Shown here in pieces: positions 51,751 through 64,000 of a stretch of DNA of 64,000 bases. The notes under the pieces were generated by a model. The model was not told the DNA's origin and did no database searches. It was given only the letters and a program-made list of their open reading frames with translations. Numbering within the stretch: the stretch's first letter is position 1; each line of letters begins with the position of its first letter. Made by a program: the position numbers and the translations under genes. The stretch covers positions 186,062,001 to 186,126,000 of the forward strand of contig OX597815.1 in the NCBI GenBank assembly GCA_951406725.2, written 5' to 3'. Source of the stretch: Octopus vulgaris (lineage: Eukaryota).

Positions 51751-52819
51751 ATCTCAGTAAAAATACAAGAGCAACTTGACAGCAATAAAGACAATTTATC
51801 TCCTCAATCTTCTTGACCCAGGAAAGATATCTCGATTCACAGCATCTTGAAATATTGTTCAACTCAGAGTAGAAAAGACGCACAGCATATGGGAAATATA
51901 TGGAAAATGCATGGTGTTTGATGCAGATGCTTTCCTTTGGAATATAAAGGAGGTCACCTGTGAGAGAAATCAAGCAAATTACAAGATAAATCAGAGATAG
52001 GAGATAGAGAAGAATGATCTGGTGTTAAGCGGATGATATAAAGCAAGACAAAGCAAGAAGATTGTCAGATGAAAGAGGATGGAAAGAATACGACGTATAG
52101 TAAATAATTGAATTGACAGTGCCTGAATGTAATGTGTAGCGATAGAAATCAGTGAAAAAGGAGGTGCGGGAGGGAAACGAAGGTACGTGGCTAGACATTG
52201 AGAGTTGAAAATATAGTATATCTGGTGAACGGCTTAAAAGATCAGCAAGTAACGACGTAATACGGCTGAAAATGATTACGTAAGAAATGAAAGACAAACT
52301 TAATATCTTTCATATTGCTCAGCTAATCAAATAAATACTCCATCAAAGATGAATTTGTAGCAACGAGAATTTAAATAAGAAACCTGATCGCCAGAATGAG
52401 TGAAAAGGAAATATTCCATTGGCCATTATGCATGTAATAATATTTTGTGAATATGAAATAAGGTCTGTAAGCAGGCAGATTGAATCGGTCTGTCTGGGAA
52501 TAAAATATATGAGGAGTCACTATATTCCATATATTTGGCATGAAGTATACCATTATTTCTGTTATACAGAGACCCACAATAAGTGAACAAAGAATTCTGT
52601 CACTATTCGAAACTTGCTTGATTTGTTGTATGATTTGCAGAAAGACTCATGCGACAAACACTTCAATATAGAATTAAAACAAAGAAGTAAAATGATGCTA
52701 ATGAAATATTTTTCCTGGCCTTTACAAAGAAAAGGAATTCAAAAGCTTCAAAACTGGCTCTTTCTGAGACTAATCTTCTCAAATACCTGTCAAAGACATC
52801 TGGCAACGCCGATTTGAAC

Positions 52820-53284
52820 TTCTGGCACAAGGCTAGCAATTTCTTTGGGAGGGATTAAGTCGATTACATCAACCTCAGTATTCAACTGGTACTTATTTTA
52901 TCGACCCCGAAAGGAGGAATTGCGAAGTCGATCTTGGCAGAATTTGAACTCAGAGCGTAAAACCGGACGAAATACCGCTAAGAATTTTGTCCGGCATCAT
53001 AATAATTTGCCGGTTCGCTGCCTTGACATCAGGTAATCTCAAATGTAAATTCACCAAAGAATTTCTTCAACTGAAAATATGTGGTGATTTAAAAGTGTTT
53101 GTCTTAACCAAAGTTTTCAGTTTATATTAAGTACCAGTGCGTAACTGGTACTTAATTTATCGACCCCGAAAGGCTGAAAGGCAAAGTCGACCTCAGCGGA
53201 ATATGAACTCACAACGTAACGGCAGACGAAATACGGCTACGCATTTCGCCCGGCGTGCTAACGTTTCTGCCAGCTCGCCGCCTT
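52820..53284 (-). mobile_element. Two SINE family B copies (about 52820-53025 and 53128-53284)
   Basis: Reverse complement of consensus. Confidence 0.8.
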
Positions 53285-53408
53285 ATTTTACAGAATAATC
53301 TTAGCATTTATGTAACAGCTTACGAAATTAAGATTGGTAATGTAACAATGTAATAATGCTCAAACAAATGAGTATCTCCTACGTTGCCATTCGATCAGCG
53401 AGAAATAG

Positions 53409-53573
53409 CAGCTGTGGTAAGTAGCTTGCTTACCAACCACACGATTCCATGTTCAGTCCCACTGCGTGGTACCTTGGGCAAGTGTCTTCTACTATAGCCT
53501 CGGGTCGACCAAAGCCTTGTGCGTGGATTTGGTAGACGAAAACTGAAAGAAGCCCATTGTATATATGTATATG

Positions 53574-53639
<66 letters not shown>

Positions 53640-53832
53640 TGTTTTTCCCCGCTACATCGCTTGACAACCGATGCTGGTGTGTTTACGTCCCCGTAACATT
53701 AGGGGTTCGGCAAAAGAGACCGATAGAATAAGTACTATGCTTACAAAGAATAAGGCCTGGGGTCGATTTTGTCGACTAAAGGCGGTGTTCCAGCATGGCC
53801 AGAGTCAAAATACTGAAGCAAGTAAAAGAGTA
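53409..53832 (+). mobile_element. SINE family A
   Basis: Matches consensus. Confidence 0.88.
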
Positions 53833-54589
53833 ATTATCGTCCAAACGGAAAGAGCTTGTGAGACATTTGTTAATGTAGGTCTAGGCCCACAACCTCTTAA
53901 GTAAAATACGAAGTGGATGCCATTGGACCGTCTTTGGTTTTAGTTCTGCTACATCAGGGTTTATCTGAGGCTAGCTAACACGACCCCATCAACAAGATAA
54001 TGCTATGCTTATCATACAAACGTGTAATAGGCTTGGGAGTGGGCAGCATCATAATAAATTGACTATGGAATACTGATCAACAAAAGTTTAAATTCCGTTC
54101 ACAATAAATTGCTCTTATTAGAACCACATTATCAAAATTCTTGCTGCTATTAGTGAGATTTAGTAATTAACAAAAAAAAAAAAGAGAAAAACTAGAAGCT
54201 AATCATGATGAAATCATTGAAAATTACTATTAGAATAGTTCGAATCGAGCCCAAAGATACAGCGATTCGCATAACTATAATTTCTTCTAAACCGAATGGA
54301 AAAAAGTTATAGGAAATCAGCGGATTAAATCACAAAATTTAAATATGTTGTTTTGTTACATGAAACGCTTTATAGATGAGTGAATGAAGTCGATAAATAA
54401 ACATCTCGAGGGAAACTGGAATTGGTTCTCAATCACCAATAATAAAGTTATTAAAGCCAAATTAAAAAATACAAACGCATTACAAATGTTGAGAACGAAA
54501 AATAAGATATGTTGATATAACCACACACAGTACCATGCATGCATGCATAAACGTACACACGCATATACTTGCACACAAATCCACACATA

Positions 54590-54648
54590 TACATACATAT
54601 GTGTATGTATATATACACATATATATACATATATATATATATATACAC

Positions 54649-54725
<77 letters not shown>

Positions 54726-54800
54726 TATATATACACATATATATATACATATATATATATATGCATACATATACATATATATATACATATATATATATAC

Positions 54801-54845
<45 letters not shown>
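54590..54845. repeat. (TA)n microsatellite
   Basis: Visible directly in the sequence. Confidence 0.95.
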
Positions 54846-54847
<2 letters not shown>

Positions 54848-55589
54848 GAAATGTATCTCTGTACTATTACACGATTCACTGAATAGGAAAATTTTCTAAT
54901 TTTAGTGAGATAGCCACTTGATAAATAATCGGAAAATTGCCAATCATGTAACTCCGAGAACGACGATGCATTTAACACAACTTTACAAGATTGAAATTGA
55001 AAACAAAATAAAAAATAAAAAATAAAAAATTGCATAAGCTTTAACATTCTGAAGTTGGAAAAGTTTTGATATTTTTATGTGGTTCTTATTTTCGAATGCT
55101 GTAACGCCCGAGGCACGGGTAGAATGATTGCTTTGCAGGAACGGCGTTCATTGATGTTGTATTCTGAATTATGCAATCATGTAAATGTTTTTTTCGTGTC
55201 AACTCTTGTACAAATAAATGGCAACTGACGTGAGTGTGAAATAATTCTTTCTGGAACAGAATCAAGAAATACATAATAAAGCTGTAAATAATAGCAGGTA
55301 AATATTGATTTGAAAAATCCTTTTGCATAGAAAGAAAGGGAAGTTTGTCTTGGAACTCGAACCAACACCTGTAGATACAACAGTCGCTCTACCATTGACC
55401 CAAAGGAAGCCTTTGAAATTCTCTGTCCATTTTAGAAATTTATTTTTTTACAAATGACGACTGTATGCTGTTGATGCTATAAGAATTCATAAAACTTTGA
55501 GAGAACATAAAACAATTCTTTTTGGAACTGAATCTCGAAGTACATATAAAGTTATAAATAACAGCATGTAGTTGTTTGATGATTGGTTA

Positions 55590-55748
55590 TGGCGTGGCTG
55601 TGTGGTAAGAAGTTTGCTTTCCAACCATATGGCTGGTTCAGTCTAGGTTCAGTCCCACTGCGTGCTATCTTGGATAACTATAGCTTCAGGCCGACCAAAG
55701 CTCTGCGAGAGGACTTGGTATACGGAAACTGAAAGAAACCTTTCATTT

Positions 55749-55820
<72 letters not shown>
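55590..55820 (+). mobile_element. SINE family A, decayed 5' half
   Basis: ggcgtggctgtgtggtaag...cggaaactgaaagaa followed by (TA)(TG)n. Confidence 0.75.
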
Positions 55821-55824
<4 letters not shown>

Positions 55825-56523
55825 CATCTTTTCTGTTTGGCTGCCAAGGTTTCAAATGTTAAAGTTTATCAAAAATTTTAATTTTTGGTACATTAATGTA
55901 GTTTTCCGAGCTGAATTGCTGGAGTTATATCACGTTTTCCAGAAAATTGTTTTTAAAAAGTTATAAAGGTTTAAATTTTGATTGATTTTCAGCCAGTCTG
56001 GAAACAGGATTTTGAAGCTGTCGTTTTGTGTGTGACAGCACATTTTGTCAACATCCTGAAAACAGCATGTATTGTCAATATTTGTATCCTGCACGCAAAA
56101 GATGAGAAAACAATACGTCTTTTGTAGTTTTAAGCATTCAATATGCATTTAATACGATAAACAACACATTACAAATTAAATACTAAAAAAAAAAGCATTT
56201 AAGTATTCGATATGCTTTTCATGCGATAAACAACACATTACAAATTAAATATTTTTAACATAGAGTCAATAATTAGTTTCAATATATTTGCCAACTCGTG
56301 CTTTCTCGCAGACAATATAATTCTCATGTTTGGCTTGTTACTATGGAAACAGATATGAATGTGTCTGGCTAAAATTACCACAAATTTTCAAATTTTAATA
56401 GCAAATAACTCTTTATTTATTGACTTATAGTGAAAATGATTTTCATGGCGTTGATTAGCCAATAAAAGTGTCTCATTACAGTGAATATAAAATGAATTCG
56501 AATATAAATTGAAACTGTCTGTC

Positions 56524-56578
<55 letters not shown>

Positions 56579-57265
56579 AGACCAGATTACACACTGCTAT
56601 CTTAAGAAAGGAAATTCGTCACACTGAAGATTGTCGTTCACTGGATGGGTACGGCTAAATTGTCCTGAATATTTGGGTATAATCAGGGCTGGGCTTACTA
56701 CACAGAAGAATAGATTGGTCAGAAAGTTTAATCATAGTTCACAATTAGGGCTCGATCCGGGGTTGGAGAAAAACTATGAAGAACTCTCTGGTAGATTGCT
56801 TAAATTGCATCCGAATAATCTTCAAATGAAAACGCCTGCCTTCAAATGGGATATATAGATAATGTGATAATTAGTACAGTTTGGAAATAATGATATATTT
56901 GGCACGAGAAGTGTATATCACTAAATAATTCGCAGAAGCAAGGCGGCAGGAAAGAGAAAAATATAAAAGAGACGAGATAATCGAAAGCCTGTGTACTGAC
57001 TCACTTGACAGATCATTAAAGCTGCACTGCCAGTAAGCGACAATACATTTCATTTCTATACATCCTTTAATTCACCATGTATTAAATTTCAAGTGAACGT
57101 GGGCAGAAATATTAAGCCATAACTTTAGATTGTCAACTTAATGCAGCACCGTATAACGCCTACATATCCTGGTTTTGTTACTGCTCTCTTTTAAATTTTG
57201 GTTAATTTAAGAGAAAAGACATTTGAAAAATAAATTGTTAAAGATATTATAAATATATACATATA

Positions 57266-57444
57266 GGCGTAGGAGTGGGTGTGTGGTAAGTAGCTTGCTT
57301 ACCAACTACATGGTTCCGAGTTCAGTCCCACTGCGTAGCACCTTGGCCAAGTGTCTTTTACTATATCCTCGGGCCGACCAAAGCCTTCTGAGTGGATTTG
57401 ATAGACGGAAACTGAAAGAAGCCCGTCGTGTATATGTATGTATG

Positions 57445-57498
<54 letters not shown>

Positions 57499-57725
57499 TG
57501 TGTGTGAGTGTGTGTATGTTTGTGTGTCTGTGTTTGTCTCCCCAGCATCGCTTGACAACCGATGCTGAAGTGTTCATGTCCCCGTAACTTAGCAGTTCGG
57601 CAAAGGAAACCGATAGAATAAGTACTAGGCTTCCAAAGAATAAGTCCTGGGGTCGATTTGCTCGACTAAAGGCGGTGCTCTAGCATGGCCGCAGTCAAAT
57701 GACTGAAACAGGTAAAAGAGTAAAA
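57266..57725 (+). mobile_element. SINE family A, full length
   Basis: Matches consensus. Confidence 0.9.
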
Positions 57726-57909
57726 AAATAGACATATATACTCACCCACACACATATTAATGTTTTGAACTAATTGGTATACGTTCATTGGTGTGTTGAA
57801 GTGTTGAGTAGAGCATAGGCATTGTTTGGGCTACATAGGGTCATCTGCATTCGGGGTATATTTCCGTTGGATCTCAGTCAGGAATTCTGCAGTGTTAGTT
57901 GGGATGATA

Positions 57910-57933
57910 ATATTAGTAGTAGTAGTAGTAATA

Positions 57934-57991
<58 letters not shown>

Positions 57992-58059
57992 TGATAATAT
58001 TAATAATAAAGATAATGATAAAAATAATAATAACGATGATGATGATGATATTAATAATG

Positions 58060-58147
<88 letters not shown>

Positions 58148-58185
58148 TAGTAATGATAATATTAATAATAATGATGATGATGATT
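57910..58185. repeat. (AAT)n compound microsatellite
   Basis: Visible directly in the sequence. Confidence 0.95.
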
Positions 58186-58339
58186 TCTTAAGTAACAAAA
58201 AGATGGATTTGGCATTAATCTTCATTTCGTACATCGGTCGTTTCTACCCATCCTGATACTGTCCTTTATGGGCGGGACTCCGTTCAATATCTTGCAATCT
58301 GGCTCTCATCAGCTACATCCATACTTAAAGTTGTGCCTC

Positions 58340-60997
58340 GCTAAAGATCAACACATAAGTGTACTTCTTATGGGAGACTTCAATCTGCCCAATGTCAGAT
58401 GACCCGAGAGCCTTTCTCTCCCAGGAATGACTAGATGTGAACGAGGACAGGCGAGGTCCCTCCTGAACCTCATCAACACCCTGTACATGGAGCAGGTAAT
58501 ACTCCAACCAACCAGGGCAGGTAACACACTGGATCTCTGCTTCACAAATGACAATGATCTCATCCATAATGTGAAAGTGACACCGACACTACTCTCGGAT
58601 CACAACATGATAGAGCTGACCATGTACGGGCCAAAAGAGAGCACGGACATGCAGCCTACAAGAAACCCCAGAATCTTTCCAGCTTGAACTACCATAAGGC
58701 AAACTGGAAACAAATTGAGAAAAAGATCCTCAAACAAAACTGGCCTAAATGTCTCTCCTCGCCAGACATCGACGTGAAACTTCAACAATTCATGTCTGTA
58801 ATGCAAGCCATATGCTACAAATGTGTCCCAGAGAGAAAGGCCACTGTACACAAGAACAAAATCCCCAGAGAGAGGAAAATTTTAATGAGACGGCGTACAA
58901 AATTTTCAAATCGCCTAAACAAACAGATTGAAAGCAGTGAAAAGTCCCGCCTAAAAATAAAACTGTTGGAAATCGAAAAATGTCTGCAACTCTCCCATGA
59001 AAAGGAAAGAGCAGACAAAGAAGCCTGGGCTATAGACAACATAAAATCTAACCCCAGAGCTTTCTACAGGTATGCCAAAGAAACAGCTACGGTGCACTGT
59101 AGAATAGGGCCACTCCTCGAAAAGGATGGCACACTTACAGGAAAACCAATGAGGGTAAGTGAAATACTGAATGAGCAATTCAAGAGTGTTTTCACTCCAC
59201 CCCTTGGGCATCTCCAAATCACCAATCCAACTGACTTCTTTACCACTGCAGATATAAAATCAGAGGCGGCGACGATAGATTACATCGATATAAAGGAAGA
59301 CGATGTAATCAAGGCTATAGATGAAATGAAAACAGACTCAGCTACTGGCCCCGATGGATTCCCGGCAATCCTCCTAAAAGCATGTAAGAGAGTCCTAGCA
59401 AGACCACTGCAGTTCCTCTTTCAGAGCTTCCTTGCAGCTGGCAAACTTCCAAGAAAACTGAAGGAAGGTAAAATATGCCCCATTCATAAAGGAGGTAGCA
59501 GAGCGGAAGCCAAGAACTATAGACCTATCTCTCTGACCTCACACATCAGCAAGGTCATGGAACGAATAGTCAGAAGGAAGCTGATCACCTTCCTTGAAGA
59601 GAATGACTTGCTGCCCGACACCCAACATGGTTTCCGACCAGGAGAAGCTGTTTAACTCAGCTCCTACAACACTATGACTGGGTGCTGAAACGGCTGCTCA
59701 ACCACTCAAATGTGGAAGTGATATATCTCGACTTTGCAAAGGCCTTTGATAAAGTCGATCATGGAATGATATGTCACAAACTGCGTGATCTCAACATAGT
59801 TGGAAAACTGGGAGAATGGCTTCATGACTTTCTGAAAGATAGAAGTCAGGTGGTAGTGGCCAATGGGGCCACTTCCATTAACACGCAAATAGTGAGCGGT
59901 GTTCCACAGGGCACTGTTCTGGGACCACTACTGTTCATAATGGCCCTCTCAGACATGCCCTCAGCCACGCAGAGAGCCACGATCACAAGTTATGCAGAAG
60001 ATACAAAAGTTTCACAGGCAATACAGAACCCTGAGGACACTAAACACCTGCAATGTGAGCTAGACAAAATATACAAGTGGGCCGAAAAGAATAGCATGCA
60101 GTTCAATGCTGAAAAGTTTCAAGCTCTATACTATCAGCATGCAAAACTAAATGCAATACCCAATCAATACACTGGACCCGGAGGAATAGCAATCCCAGAG
60201 GCACAATCAGTGCGTGACCTAGGTATTTACATGAGTGATGACGCGACCTTTCGTGTACATGTTGCTAAATTGGCAATGAAATGTAGACGACTGGCCGGAT
60301 GGATCCTCAGAACCTTTAGAACAAGAGAACAAGAAACCATGATGGTCCTCTGGAGGACACTTGTCCTAAGCCACTTTGACTACTGCTCTCAGTTATGGTC
60401 ACCATCCAGTGTCAAGTTGATCACAGAGCTCGAGGCGATCCAACGTAGCTACACGAAGAAGATAGCCTCTATGCAGAATGTAAGCTACTGGGAAAGACTC
60501 AAGAGATTAAAACTATATTCCCTGGAGCGTAGGCGGGAAAGATATGCCATAATATACATCTGGAAGATCCTGGAGGGAAGTGTCCTGAACTTTGGCATCG
60601 AGAGTTACGCAAATGCCAGAACTGGGCGCCACTGCGTGGTGCCTAGGACTCCAAACTTGCCATCAAGATGTAGGACAAGATTCTGTGATAGCCTGGGCTT
60701 CCGAGGCCCACAGCTCTTCAATATCCTCCCGAAGAACCTGAGAGACCTGCATGGGGTGGATGCAGATGTCTTTAAAATGAAGCTGGATCTCTTCCTGTCA
60801 GGTGTCCCAGATGAACCAACTTCACGGCAGGAGGGGCAGATGAGGGCAGCTGCATCGAACTCTCTCATGCACCAAATGGCAGTTGCTAGAAAGCTTTCGT
60901 GAAGTGAAACCAAGTAGCAACACCAAATGGCGGTGCCCCAGCATGGCCACAGCTCATAAGCTGAAACTAGAATCAATCAATCAATCAATCAATCAAT
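58340..60997 (+). mobile_element. CR1-group LINE, 5'-truncated, disabled ORF2 (APE+RT), (AATC)n tail
   Basis: MGDFNLP, TLDLCF, SDHN, NYRPISL, YLDFAKAFD, GVPQG; YADD changed to YAED; frameshifts near 58680 and 59645; clearly homologous to ORF 1844..4651. Confidence 0.92.
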
Positions 60998-61098
60998 CCT
61001 GAGCTTTTGGTTGTCATGTTTTTTTATATGCCCGTCTGGTTAGGGAACGCAACATCGCTACAATATATATATATATATATATGGTGATGATAGATTTC

Positions 61099-61256
<158 letters not shown>

Positions 61257-61338
61257 AAATTAATTAAGGGTAGAAATTGATATTTATCAATTAAGACCAG
61301 TGGTCTAGCATATTAAAAAAGAATCCGAAGATTAAAAT

Positions 61339-61670
61339 ATTTATATATACCAATTAAGGACTGAACACGAAAAGTGGACAGTCAACATGCTAGATATAGA
61401 CGTCAAATCGCCATTCACCACAAAAGATTATGTTCTCAGATCAAACTCAACACAAAACCATAGCAATAAACAAGTGAAAAATATACGAAATAAAATAATT
61501 ACCCATTTCGTATATTTATTTCGTATATTTTTCACTTGTTTATTGCTATGGTTTTGTGTTGAGTTTGATCTGAGAGCATAATCTTTTGTGGTGAATGGCG
61601 ATTTGACGTCTATATCTAGCATGTTGACTGTCCACTTTTCGTGTTCAGTCCTTAATTGGTATATATTTAT
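61339..61670. repeat. Near-perfect ~155-bp inverted repeat in a (TA)n context
   Basis: 61345-61495 is reverse-complementary to 61515-61665, spacer about 20 nt. Confidence 0.92.
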
Positions 61671-61823
61671 ATATATATATATATATATAATAATAATATT
61701 ATTAGGGAATAAATCCAAACTTACAGGGAAAAATTAGATTTACAGGGAATTTTAAAATTAATTTTATGTATTGGCTTATGTTTTTCACTGTTTGATTTGC
61801 CTAATAGTGGTTTTATCTCTAAT

Positions 61824-61916
<93 letters not shown>

Positions 61917-62101
61917 TGTATGTATGTATGTATCTATATAAACACACATGTGGAGACGATTGCCAACGCACCTGGGTAGTAGGTTTGAAATTGCTAAGGT
62001 GTACCTTTTTTTTATATGAAACCCTTGGTCACCTTGTTAAAACAGAAAAAAAAATTTCTATCTACCAATGTTGTGTCGAGAAATCATTCTTCGATAATAC
62101 A

Positions 62102-62184
<83 letters not shown>

Positions 62185-62349
62185 TACGTCTCTGTGTGTG
62201 TACATGTGAGTGTGTGTGTGCATAGAAAAGTTATTATTTCTAAATCTCTGAACGAGAAACATTAAGTAACAGTACTTTCTCCCTCCCTCTCCCTCCCACT
62301 CCCTCCGTATATATATATATATATACACATTCATGCACATACATCTGTC

Positions 62350-62380
<31 letters not shown>

Positions 62381-62614
62381 TACGAAAACCCAAAATGGCT
62401 ATATTTTTACATCGTATGATTGAGTAGGATTTTTTTCTCTTTTGACAAAGCTCTTTGCTAATGACATTAGACGTTACTATGTGCTACATCAATAATATAT
62501 ATTTTGTTTTAATTGTAGCCTGCCAGTTCTAGTAAATATGCTTATAATTTATATGATGTAACCTTTCCGAATGTCATAAGGCCCCAACACTTCTGAGTTA
62601 GGATTTATATTTAA

Positions 62615-63011
62615 CTAGCAGTATCGCCCGGCGTTCCTCGGGTTTGTAAGGGAAATAACTATATAAGCATTTTTAGAGAGTTATAGCCAAATATAGCAAA
62701 AAAATGCATTAAAAATGGAAATAAAATTATGGTAATTTTTTTTTTAAATCGTTGACTCATCGTAGACGTTTTTAGAGGGTTACTTCCCTTATATAATAGC
62801 GAAAAAAGGCATTAAAATGGAAAAAAATTATGGTAAATTATTTTTAAAATCGTAGACTCATCGTAGACGCGCGCTAATACCCAGAAGGGCTCGATATGAA
62901 TCACGACTATAAGATACCCGGTTTTGGTTAAACTGCACCGCAAAATGTGGGAGTAGTTAGGAATCTAAATCGTAGGAGACAGACACACAACTTCTCTTTT
63001 ATATATAAAGA
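62615..63011 (-). mobile_element. Non-autonomous Helitron
   Basis: Minus strand: A|TCTTTATATATAAAAG...CCCG-aggaacgc-CGGG hairpin...CTAG|T; internal ~115-bp tandem duplication. Confidence 0.85.
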
Positions 63012-63154
63012 TATGGGTTTCAATGTAAGAAGAAATTCTGCCAAAACATGATTCCTGCTTGAAACAATTGACTTATCTTCTTTCGTCAGTTCTATAGAGA
63101 AATGTATCAGTAAACCCGATCATTATACATTTCACTTACATAATCTTTTCTATT

Positions 63155-63330
63155 GAAGGCACAAGGCCCGAAATTACATCGACTCCAGTATGCAACTGGT
63201 ACTTAAGATATTGAGCCTGAAAGGATGAAAGGCAAAGTCGATGTCGGCGGGATTTGAACTCAGAATATAAAGATGGCTGAAATGCCGTTAAGCATCTTAC
63301 CCCAAGTGCCAACGCTGTTGTCAGCTAGCC
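63155..63330 (-). mobile_element. SINE family B, decayed
   Basis: gaaaggatgaaaggcaaagtcga...gaactcaga. Confidence 0.75.
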
Positions 63331-63375
63331 AAATAATGAAATAAGAAAACTATTTCATACACACACACACACAAA

Positions 63376-63465
<90 letters not shown>

Positions 63466-63544
63466 TAAGTACGCTGTAAAAATCCTCGGAGAGAATAAAA
63501 AGTTTATTAATACAATTTGTCACTTCTAAATTTTTCCATCACCG

Positions 63545-63900
<356 letters not shown>

Positions 63901-64000
63901 TGGAAGAATAAGAAACTGTGATAGAGGGAGGGGAGCAATTATCTTGGTGAAGCGGTGGATACTTGGCTTGCTCAACTGGAAAGTGAGGGAGAGGTAGAAA

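Overview
AT-rich eukaryotic DNA, probably intronic or intergenic, dominated by microsatellites and transposable elements. The SINE/LINE repertoire looks like an octopod cephalopod (my recognition, not a database result). No host protein-coding gene can be supported, and most short ORFs in the track are microsatellite or antisense artefacts. Main contents: (1) An apparently full-length CR1-group LINE (about 1756-5903, minus strand) inserted into the (TA)n tract of a SINE. It has an uninterrupted APE+RT ORF2 frame with no AUG before the endonuclease start. That frame overlaps ORF1 in the -1 frame across two canonical slippery heptamers, and ORF1 has a poly-Q region plus two CCCH zinc fingers. 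(2) A second, decayed CR1-group LINE whose 3' tail is shared, with covarying stem pairs, with the most abundant SINE. (3) Several R4/Dong-type RLE retrotransposons, the young copies all embedded in (AAT)n, one with an 8x 22-bp reiteration at its 5' junction. (4) Short fold-back elements carrying minimal hammerhead-ribozyme motifs (Penelope-like/retrozyme-like), including a possible U3-A8 variant. (5) At least four tRNA-derived SINE families, Helitron/Helentron-type non-autonomous elements, hAT and Chapaev3-like transposase relics, a tRNA-Asp-like gene and several long palindromes. Boundaries were read by eye and are approximate unless a motif is quoted.
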